Below are positions 54,425-62,285 of a stretch of DNA of 64,000 nt, one piece after another. The notes beneath the pieces are model-generated. The model did not search any database. It was not told where the DNA came from and saw nothing but the letters and a program-made list of their open reading frames with translations. The position numbers and the translations under genes were made by a program. The DNA is from an uncultured Catenibacillus sp. (GTDB taxonomy: Bacteria; Bacillota; Clostridia; Lachnospirales; Lachnospiraceae): NCBI GenBank assembly GCA_934339005.1, contig CAKRHR010000002.1:41675-105674 (forward strand), read 5' to 3'. Within the stretch, counting starts at the first letter, position 1, and every line of letters begins with the position of its first letter.

Positions 54425-57070
54425 ATGAAAAGCAAAAGAATTTTGGCACTTATGATGAGTATGGCAATGGCATCAAGTATTGCAATGCCTGTAGCAGCAG
54501 AAACACCAGAAGGAGAACAGACAGTCGTAGATATTGAAAATATATCTGTCGATGAAAGCGAAGATGTATTGGAAGATTCAGATGAAGAGAGTGGTGTAGT
54601 AGAAAATTTTGCAAACAATGTGGAAACGGTTGATGAGAAAGAAGCCGTTGAACCTCAGATTGAAAATCAGGCAAATACCGGAGATGAAGTGCAGGTATTA
54701 GATAGTACAGATAGTGCTGCTGAGGATTCAAAGTGTGGTGAAAATGCAACCTGGACACTGCAGGATGGAGTATTGCATATTTCTGGTACTGGTGCTATGG
54801 ATGATTATCAATATGAGTATGAGGGGGATGCCAATACACCATGGTATAGTCGTAAAGATGAAATTAACACTATTGTGATTGATGATGGTATAACATATAT
54901 TGGTGCATCCGCTTTTTATCATTTGGAAAATGTAGTTAGTGTATCTATACCTGAGAGCGTTACAGTTCTTGGTGATGGTGCATTTTATGAATGTACAGGT
55001 TTAGTTAAAGTAACATTGCCAAGAGCGATGAAAACAATAGGAGAAGGTGCTTTTTATAGTTGTACATCATTGATAGAAATTAATATGCCTGAAAGTTTAA
55101 GTGAATTGTCTGGAAGTGCATTTTATAATTGTACAAGTTTGAAAGAAATTTCAATACCGCAAGGAATAACAGGAATTGAAATGGCAACATTTGCGGAATG
55201 CACTAGTTTGGAAACTGTTATATTGCCAGAAGGGATAAATAAAATTGGTTGGCAAGCATTTTTGAATTGCATAAATCTATCAAAAATAGTGTTACCAGAA
55301 ACAATAAAGACAATAGAAAATAGTGCATTTACAAATTGTGAGTCATTAACTGAAATTAATATACCAGAAAGTGTAACTACTATACAAGATTATGCTTTTG
55401 CGGGATGCACGAGTTTAAAAAGCGTTGTAATACCAAATAGTATAACAAGTTTACCTTATAAGATATTTTCTGGATGTAGTAGCTTAGAAAAAGTTACCCT
55501 TCCAGAAGGCTTGATTACGATTTATCCAAGTGCATTTTCTGAATGTAGCAGTTTAACAGGAATTATACTGCCGGGTTCAGTTAAAGAAATATGGTGGGAG
55601 TCATTTAAAAATTGTACAAGTTTAAAGAAGATCACAATTCCGGATGGAGTAGCCTATATTGCAAATAATCTTTTCAATGGCTGTACGAGTTTGACAGAAG
55701 TTAATCTGCCTGTAACGATAAACAGTATCCAAAATTGTGCTTTTGATAATTGTACAAACTTAAAGAGAATTAATTATGCAGGAACTGAGGAAAATTGGTC
55801 TGAAATAAGCATTGATTCAGATAATGAAGGACTTTCTAATGTAACAATATGTTATGAGAACACTGGAAATTCATGTGGTGAAAATGCAACGTGGACGCTG
55901 CAGGATGGAGTATTACATATTTCTGGTACTGGTGCTATGGATGATTATGATTATGATAATACAAAGGCGCCTTGGTATGGTGTGAAAGATCAAATCACAT
56001 CTATTATTATTGATAATGGCATAACATCTATCGGTGATTTCACGTTTACAGAATTAATCAATTTAGCATCAGTTGAAATTCCTGATAGCGTAACAGATAT
56101 AGAAATAAGGGCTTTTGATGGATGTACCAATCTGAAAAAATTGATTTTACCTAAAACATTGAAAATTGTTGGAGATGGTGCATTCAATAATTGTACAAAT
56201 TTAGAGGATGTTTATTATGCGGGTGCAGAATCTGATAGAGTAAATCTTAATATTGCTCAGGGAAATGACCTTTTAATAAATGCAACCTGGCACTATGAAA
56301 CAACTTCTGATAAACCGGAGGACAAACCAGAAGTTAAAGATTCAGAAGAAGCTTTTGTAGACCGTTTATATCAAAATATATTAGGTCGGGATTCTGATCC
56401 TGCAGGTGCAAAGGCATGGACAGAAGAATTACAGTCTGGTGAAAAAACAGGTGTAGAAGTCGCACAGGGATTTTTTGAAAGCGATGAGATGAAAAAACGT
56501 GAGTTTACCGATGAAGAATACATCAATGCATTATATTTGACTTTCCTGAATCGAGAGGCAGATGCATCTGGTATGGCTGCATGGAAAGCTGTGTTAGATA
56601 GTGGTTTATCAAGAATGCATGTATTTAAAGGTTTTGCAGAATCACAGGAATTTACAGTAATCTGTGATAATTATGGCATTGAGAGGGGGAATGCTGATCT
56701 GACCGCACCAAGAGATCAAAATGAAGGTGTAACTAAATTTATTGCGAGAAATTACAAAATGTGTCTTGGACGTTCGGCAGATGAAGATGGTATCAATGCA
56801 TGGTGTAATCAGATTTTAACAGGACAGAATACTGCCAAAGAAGTAGCGTATGGATTTGTATTTTCACAGGAATTTAAAGAAAAGAACCTTTCAGATGCTG
56901 ACTTCGTTAAATTACTGTACAACGTTTTTATGAATCGTGAAGCGGACGAAGCAGGTTTTAATGCATGGATGAAAGTTCTGAAGGATGGACAGAGTCGAGA
57001 ACATGTCTTTAATGGTTTTGCAGATTCTGTAGAATTCAGAGATGTATGCACAGGTTATGGCATACAATAA
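54425..57070 (+). CDS. Secreted BspA-type leucine-rich-repeat (LRR_5) surface protein with a C-terminal four-repeat DUF4214-type module
   Basis: Signal peptide MKSKRILALMMSMAMASSIAMPVAA. Acidic linker. Two CGENATWTLQDGVLHISGTG cap units. Twelve plus about four 23-aa repeats (..I...AF..CTSL..I.IP..). DUF4214 repeats from about 56354. Confidence 0.88.
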   Translation: MKSKRILALMMSMAMASSIAMPVAAETPEGEQTVVDIENISVDESEDVLEDSDEESGVVENFANNVETVDEKEAVEPQIENQANTGDEVQVLDSTDSAAEDSKCGENATWTLQDGVLHISGTGAMDDYQYEYEGDANTPWYSRKDEINTIVIDDGITYIGASAFYHLENVVSVSIPESVTVLGDGAFYECTGLVKVTLPRAMKTIGEGAFYSCTSLIEINMPESLSELSGSAFYNCTSLKEISIPQGITGIEMATFAECTSLETVILPEGINKIGWQAFLNCINLSKIVLPETIKTIENSAFTNCESLTEINIPESVTTIQDYAFAGCTSLKSVVIPNSITSLPYKIFSGCSSLEKVTLPEGLITIYPSAFSECSSLTGIILPGSVKEIWWESFKNCTSLKKITIPDGVAYIANNLFNGCTSLTEVNLPVTINSIQNCAFDNCTNLKRINYAGTEENWSEISIDSDNEGLSNVTICYENTGNSCGENATWTLQDGVLHISGTGAMDDYDYDNTKAPWYGVKDQITSIIIDNGITSIGDFTFTELINLASVEIPDSVTDIEIRAFDGCTNLKKLILPKTLKIVGDGAFNNCTNLEDVYYAGAESDRVNLNIAQGNDLLINATWHYETTSDKPEDKPEVKDSEEAFVDRLYQNILGRDSDPAGAKAWTEELQSGEKTGVEVAQGFFESDEMKKREFTDEEYINALYLTFLNREADASGMAAWKAVLDSGLSRMHVFKGFAESQEFTVICDNYGIERGNADLTAPRDQNEGVTKFIARNYKMCLGRSADEDGINAWCNQILTGQNTAKEVAYGFVFSQEFKEKNLSDADFVKLLYNVFMNREADEAGFNAWMKVLKDGQSREHVFNGFADSVEFRDVCTGYGIQ
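54950..55780 (+). repeat. Twelve consecutive 69-nt (23-codon) coding tandem repeats (BspA-like LRR units)
   Basis: The translated periodicity can be read directly: PESVTVLGDGAFYECTGLVKVTL / PRAMKTIGEGAFYSCTSLIEINM / PESLSELSGSAFYNCTSLKEISI ... The units are diverged at the DNA level. Confidence 0.85.
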
Positions 57071-57106
57071 AAGTTGGCGAATGCAGTAACTTTTGGAGGA
57101 AATAAA

Positions 57107-58327
57107 ATGAAAAAAGTCAAATATTTATCAGGAACGGTAGTTGCCATTATATTGACCATTGGTTTATCAATACCATCATTTGCTGCAGAAATAGAAAGTG
57201 AATATACAGACGAGGATGCTTTCCAGATTGAGTACAATCTGGAAAGTGAATCCGAGATGGATGATGCAGCTGATGAGGAAAACAAAGAAATATTGTCAGA
57301 TGTAGATGCTGATGATCAGAATGATAATGGTAATATAGAAAATATTGCAGAAGAAGCAAATTTTGAATATGCACCGCAGGCACAAAGTGATCCTGTAAAG
57401 GATTTTGTAGAGCGATTATATACACAGATTCTTGGACGTGCTGCAGATCCTTTAGGATTACAGTCATGGACGGATGTGCTGAAATCAGGTAAAGAACAGG
57501 GCGCAAAAGTTGCACAGGGCTTTATCGACAGTGCAGAATTTAAAGCAAGACCGTTAAGCAATGAAGAATACTTAAAAATCTTATATCGGACATTCTTTGA
57601 CCGTGAACCGGATGGCGCAGGACTGGAAGCATGGCTTGGTGTGCTGGACAGTGGCTTATCAAGACTACATGTCTTTAAAGGATTTGCTGAATCCCAGGAA
57701 TTTACAGAAATCTGTGAAAAATATGGTATTATCCGTGGCAATGCACAGTTGACTGCACCATGTGACCAGAATGAAGGCGTGACAAAGTTTATTGTGAGAA
57801 ACTATCGTCTTTGCCTTGGTAGAAACGCGGATGAAGATGGTTTAAATGGCTGGTGCAACGCAATCCTTACAGGACAAAATACAGCGAAACAGGCGGCACA
57901 TGGATTTGTATTCTCAGATGAATTCAAAAAGAAAAATCTGTCTGATACAGAATATGTTAAGACATTATACCGAGTATTTATGGACAGAGAAGCCGATGGT
58001 GCAGGATTAGAAGCATGGGTTAAAGTTCTGAGAAATGGACAAAGCCGAGAACATGTATTTAATGGATTTGCGGATTCAGACGAGTTTAAGAAAATCTGCA
58101 TAAGTTATGGACTTAAGGTGGAAAATGACAAATTAAGTCAAAATACAAATACACAACCAAGTCAGGGCAGTGGAACACATAGTCCTAATTATACATATAT
58201 TTATGATGATGGACGTAAAGAAAATTATTATATTGATTATGCTACTGGTGATATAACAAATACTGATACTGGAGAAACTGATAATATGTATAATAATCCA
58301 TTCTTTGGTGAATATCAAGGTAAATAA
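57107..58327 (+). CDS. Secreted protein made only of a signal peptide, an acidic linker, a four-repeat DUF4214-type module and a Tyr/Asn/Asp/Thr-rich tail
   Basis: MKKVKYLSGTVVAIILTIGLSIPSFA. GGAGGA lies 6 nt before ATG 57107; the longer TTG 57074 ORF is not favoured. DUF4214 repeats span 57404 to about 58117. Confidence 0.85.
   Translation: MKKVKYLSGTVVAIILTIGLSIPSFAAEIESEYTDEDAFQIEYNLESESEMDDAADEENKEILSDVDADDQNDNGNIENIAEEANFEYAPQAQSDPVKDFVERLYTQILGRAADPLGLQSWTDVLKSGKEQGAKVAQGFIDSAEFKARPLSNEEYLKILYRTFFDREPDGAGLEAWLGVLDSGLSRLHVFKGFAESQEFTEICEKYGIIRGNAQLTAPCDQNEGVTKFIVRNYRLCLGRNADEDGLNGWCNAILTGQNTAKQAAHGFVFSDEFKKKNLSDTEYVKTLYRVFMDREADGAGLEAWVKVLRNGQSREHVFNGFADSDEFKKICISYGLKVENDKLSQNTNTQPSQGSGTHSPNYTYIYDDGRKENYYIDYATGDITNTDTGETDNMYNNPFFGEYQGK
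57698..58076 (+). repeat. About 380-nt segment nearly identical to 59721-60099 (dispersed direct repeat inside two DUF4214 genes)
   Basis: Hand alignment at a constant offset of 2023 nt shows only a handful of mismatches, including an uninterrupted identical run of about 270 nt. Confidence 0.9.
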
Positions 58328-58403
58328 GGACATAGAAAGATTATGTAATATGTTTCTATTGTATCAGCTTTACAATGTTTATTAAATATAAGGATGAAAA
58401 ATT

Positions 58404-60143
58404 ATGAATAAAAGAATTTTAAGCGCAATGCTGGCAATATCATTAATTGCAGCATCAGGTGTGCCACAGTATGCATGGGCAGAAGAAAATGTGAATGCAG
58501 TTTCAGAAAGTGAAAGTACAGTTGAAGAATTACGACCAGAAAGTATTGATGAAAATACTGTTGAAGCGTATTTATCGGAAGGAATACAGGAAAATAATCA
58601 AGTAGATGAAGATGTATTGGTAGCAGGTGAATCAGAAAATACGTTAAATATTCAAAATTCACCAGATAACAGAACTGCGAATAAATGTGGTGAAAATGCA
58701 ACTTGGACATTAAGTAATGGCGTATTACATATTTCTGGTACAGGTGATATGCAAGATTATTCGGAAAATGCACCATGGTTTGATCAAAAAAATGACATTA
58801 TATCTATTGAAATAGATGATGGAATAACATCAATTGGTAGTTTCGCTTTTGCACAGTTGGAGAATTTATCTAATGTATCTATGGCAGATAGTATTATTCA
58901 TATTAAGGATTATGCATTTTTTGATTGCTCAAAATTACAAAAAATTTCATTATCAAAGAATTTGCAAGCTATTTGGAATGGTACATTTGGATCATGTGAT
59001 AGTTTACAAGAAATTGATATGCCTAATAGTGTAATATTTATAGGAGTGGATGCATTTGCATATTGCAAAAGTCTGAAAAAAGTAAAATTATCAAGTGGAT
59101 TGACAGAAATAACAAACAGATCGTTTAGTAATTGTACAGGGTTAGAAGAAATAGAATTTCCCAAAGGTGTTCAGCTGATAGATCAGCTTGCATTTATGGA
59201 ATGTGTAAATTTAAATAAGATTATTTTGCCAATATCTGTTAAACAAATTCTGGGGGCATTTATTCATTGTGAAAATATACATGATGTTTATTATGAAGGT
59301 ACGGAAGCTGATAGAAGCAATATAGAAGAAAATGTAGGAGAAATAAGATTTGACAACGGTTCTTTAAATGAGGCAACATGGCATTATGAAACAACTTCTA
59401 ATGTAACACTAGATCCAGTCGAAGCCTTTGTCAGCCGCTTATACAAAAATATTTTAGGTCGTGATGCAGATGCTTCCGGTTTGAAAGCATGGTCAGATGT
59501 TTTGAAATCTGGTAAAGAACAGGGTGCTAAAGTTGCGCAGGGATTTGTGGATAGCCAGGAAATGAAAAATCGTAAATTGTCAGATGATGATTATATTAAA
59601 GCTTTATATCAGACTTTCCTGAATCGAGAAGCAGATGCAGCAGGATTGGCAGCATGGAAGAATGTTTTGGATAGTGGATTGTCAAGAATGCATGTATTTA
59701 AAGGTTTCGCAGAATCTCAGGAATTTACAGAGATCTGTGAAAAATATGGTATTATCCGTGGCAATGCACAGTTAACTGCACCATGTGACCAGAATGAAGG
59801 CGTGACAAAGTTTATTGTGAGAAACTATCGTCTTTGCCTTGGTAGAAACGCGGATGAAGATGGTTTAAATGGCTGGTGCAACGCAATCCTTACAGGACAA
59901 AATACAGCGAAACAGGCGGCACATGGATTTGTATTCTCAGATGAATTCAAAAAGAAAAATCTGTCTGATACAGAATATGTTAAGACATTATACCGAGTAT
60001 TTATGGACAGAGAAGCCGATGGTGCAGGATTAGAAGCATGGGTTAAAGTTTTGAAAAATGGACAGAGCCGAGAACATGTATTTAATGGATTTGCGGATTC
60101 TAATGAATTTAGAGAAATCTGCGCACGTTACGGAATCAAATAA
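58404..60143 (+). CDS. Secreted BspA-type LRR surface protein with a C-terminal four-repeat DUF4214-type module
   Basis: Signal peptide MNKRILSAMLAISLIAASGVPQYAWA. CGENATWTLSNGVLHISGTG cap. About six LRR_5 units. DUF4214 repeats from about 59427. Confidence 0.88.
   Translation: MNKRILSAMLAISLIAASGVPQYAWAEENVNAVSESESTVEELRPESIDENTVEAYLSEGIQENNQVDEDVLVAGESENTLNIQNSPDNRTANKCGENATWTLSNGVLHISGTGDMQDYSENAPWFDQKNDIISIEIDDGITSIGSFAFAQLENLSNVSMADSIIHIKDYAFFDCSKLQKISLSKNLQAIWNGTFGSCDSLQEIDMPNSVIFIGVDAFAYCKSLKKVKLSSGLTEITNRSFSNCTGLEEIEFPKGVQLIDQLAFMECVNLNKIILPISVKQILGAFIHCENIHDVYYEGTEADRSNIEENVGEIRFDNGSLNEATWHYETTSNVTLDPVEAFVSRLYKNILGRDADASGLKAWSDVLKSGKEQGAKVAQGFVDSQEMKNRKLSDDDYIKALYQTFLNREADAAGLAAWKNVLDSGLSRMHVFKGFAESQEFTEICEKYGIIRGNAQLTAPCDQNEGVTKFIVRNYRLCLGRNADEDGLNGWCNAILTGQNTAKQAAHGFVFSDEFKKKNLSDTEYVKTLYRVFMDREADGAGLEAWVKVLKNGQSREHVFNGFADSNEFREICARYGIK
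59721..60099 (+). repeat. Partner copy of the 57698-58076 near-identical segment
   Basis: See 57698-58076. Downstream, 60081-60143 instead matches the 3' end of the 50437-52203 gene (52141-52203) at 60/63 nt. Confidence 0.9.
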
Positions 60144-60173
60144 TTTAAAAATTAAATCTGTGATGAATAAAGC

Positions 60174-60216
60174 AAAAGCGAAATAGTTCTATAAAAGGCT
60201 ATTTCGCTTTTGTTTT
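60174..60216 (+). terminator. Rho-independent terminator
   Basis: Perfect 13-bp stem AAAAGCGAAATAG / CTATTTCGCTTTT with a 12-nt loop, followed by GTTTT. Confidence 0.8.
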
Positions 60217-60345
60217 ATCTGGTAAAGAATTTATCTGTAAATTATAAAAATGTATGATATAATAGGAACACTCAAACAAGAGATTTGATTAATGAAAATA
60301 GAGATTTAGTTGATAAAATTAAAAACTACAGGGGTATAACTTTGA

Positions 60346-62187
60346 ATGAATGCAAATGAAACACTAAAAGTTTATTTTGGATATGATACGTTCAGGGATG
60401 GGCAGGAAGATATTATCAATGCGATTTTATCGGGCAGGGATGTGCTTGCGATTATGCCGACCGGTGCGGGCAAATCCATTTGTTATCAGGTGCCGGCATT
60501 GATGATGTCTGGTATAACGATTGTGATTTCGCCGCTTATTTCACTGATGCAGGACCAGGTGAAGGCACTTAATGAAGCAGGTGTGCATGCGGCCTATATT
60601 AATTCGTCACTGACGGAAAATCAGATTAATAAGGCATTGTCTTTGGCAGCGCAGGGACGCTACAAAATTATCTATGTTGCGCCGGAACGATTGACAAGCT
60701 ATACATTTTTAGATTTTGCATGTCATGCCGAAATCTCGATGGTGACAGTGGATGAGGCGCACTGCATTTCCCAGTGGGGACAGGATTTCAGACCGAGTTA
60801 TTTAAAAATCGTTGAGTTTGTAGCAAGACTGCCAAGACGCCCGATTGTCAGTGCATTTACCGCAACTGCAACAGAAGATGTAAAAAATGATATTATACAT
60901 ATTTTAAGGCTTGAACAGCCAAAAGTTGTTGTGACTGGCTTTGACCGCGAAAATTTGTATTACAGTGTTGAACGGATTCGAAGAAAAGATGATTTTGTAC
61001 TGGAGTATATCCACAACCATCCGCAGGAAAGTGGGATAATTTACTGTGCGACGCGAAAAAATGTGGATAAGTTGTTTGAATTGCTATTTAAGAGTGATAT
61101 TGCAGTGACAAGGTATCATGCAGGGTTAGATAATGAAACTCGAAAGAAAAATCAGGAAGATTTTATTTATGACCGTGCGCCGATTGTGGTTGCAACAAAT
61201 GCGTTTGGCATGGGTATTGATAAGTCGAATGTCAGATATGTGATTCATTATAACATGCCTCAGAGTATGGAAAACTATTATCAGGAGGCTGGTCGTGCAG
61301 GGCGTGACGGCGAAGCGGCGCAGTGTATATTGTTATTTTCAGAGCAGGATATGGTCATTAACCGTTTCCTTCTGGAACAGAAAGATTTTTCGGAGATGGA
61401 TATCGAGGATGCCAGACTGGTCATGGAAAGAGATGTGTGGCGGCTGCAGGTGATGGAGCGTTACTGCAAGACTTCGGAGTGTCTGAGAAATTATATATTG
61501 AGTTATTTTGGTGAACAGCCAGAGCATCCATGTGGTCATTGCGGAAATTGCCAGAAGGATTATCAGGAAATTGACATGACAGGGGAGGCTACATGGGTGT
61601 TGCGCAGTGTGGAAGAAGCACAGGGCAGATATGGTATTGCAATCATTGCAGGTGTATTGATGGGTGCTAACCGGGCCAGATTAAAAGAGCTTGGTATGAC
61701 AGAATATGCTTCATATGGTGCATTGAAAAATCTTAGTGAGGCGCGGATTCGGGAACTCATCAATCTGATGATTACCGAGGGTTATCTGTATCAAACGAAA
61801 GCACAATACAGTGTACTTCGAATCGGCGATATCGGACCACTTTTAAACGATGACGCACAAATCATATTAAAAGTGGATCGGCAGGAAACAGAACCGGAAA
61901 AGAAAAGTAAGAGTGCCAAAGCTATGCGTAAAAAGGTGGCAGGTGAACTCACTTCACAGGGTTCAGAATTATTTGAACTGCTCAGGAAACTCCGGACAGA
62001 AATCGCCAGCGAAGAAGGCGTACCTCCGTATATTATTTTCAGCGATAAGACACTCATTGATATGTGCATAAAATTACCGGAAAATGAAGAACAATTTTTG
62101 GACGTATCTGGTGTCGGTGCACATAAACTGGAGAAATATGGGGATAGATTTCTGAGGGTGATTCGGGAATTTAAAGGAAATCTTTAA
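60346..62187 (+). CDS. recQ: ATP-dependent DNA helicase RecQ (helicase + RQC/Zn + HRDC)
   Basis: ..FGYDTFRDGQEDII.., MPTGAGKSICYQ, VDEAHCISQWGQDFRP, Zn-binding cysteines C..(14)..CGHCGNC, and a C-terminal HRDC-like region (..IFSDKTLIDMC...P....F..VSGVG..K.EKYG..F). Confidence 0.92.
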   Translation: MNANETLKVYFGYDTFRDGQEDIINAILSGRDVLAIMPTGAGKSICYQVPALMMSGITIVISPLISLMQDQVKALNEAGVHAAYINSSLTENQINKALSLAAQGRYKIIYVAPERLTSYTFLDFACHAEISMVTVDEAHCISQWGQDFRPSYLKIVEFVARLPRRPIVSAFTATATEDVKNDIIHILRLEQPKVVVTGFDRENLYYSVERIRRKDDFVLEYIHNHPQESGIIYCATRKNVDKLFELLFKSDIAVTRYHAGLDNETRKKNQEDFIYDRAPIVVATNAFGMGIDKSNVRYVIHYNMPQSMENYYQEAGRAGRDGEAAQCILLFSEQDMVINRFLLEQKDFSEMDIEDARLVMERDVWRLQVMERYCKTSECLRNYILSYFGEQPEHPCGHCGNCQKDYQEIDMTGEATWVLRSVEEAQGRYGIAIIAGVLMGANRARLKELGMTEYASYGALKNLSEARIRELINLMITEGYLYQTKAQYSVLRIGDIGPLLNDDAQIILKVDRQETEPEKKSKSAKAMRKKVAGELTSQGSELFELLRKLRTEIASEEGVPPYIIFSDKTLIDMCIKLPENEEQFLDVSGVGAHKLEKYGDRFLRVIREFKGNL

Positions 62188-62227
62188 TTGAGAAAAATTA
62201 CAATATATCAAAGTGGGAAGATAAAGA

Positions 62228-62285
62228 GGGAAACATCAAAAACTGTGGATACAGTGAAATTTGATATTTCCTTCTTTAGTTTTAT
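62228..62285. terminator. Probable bidirectional terminator between the convergent recQ and AAA-ATPase-like genes
   Basis: GGGAAACATCAAA ... TTTGATATTTCC hairpin (one mismatch), with A-rich sequence on the 5' side and a T-run on the 3' side. Confidence 0.5.

Noticed and set aside
54268-54537. 89-aa ORF in the long AT-rich leader that overlaps the start of the LRR gene.
   Set aside because: It has a non-ATG start and no RBS. It runs out of frame into a well-supported signal-peptide start and has Arg-rich junk at its C-terminus.
51885-58101. Recurrent antisense ORFs of about 80-140 aa inside every DUF4214 module (51885-52124, 56809-57051, 57316-57741, 57802-58101) with similar translations.
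   Set aside because: Their similarity simply reflects the near-identity of the sense-strand modules. They have no starts with an RBS and no domain signatures.
54425-60143. Diversity-generating retroelement or other programmed hypervariation acting on the LRR or DUF4214 genes.
   Set aside because: There is no reverse transcriptase, no template repeat with adenine-specific differences, and no recombinase in the window. The variation pattern fits ordinary duplication and gene conversion.
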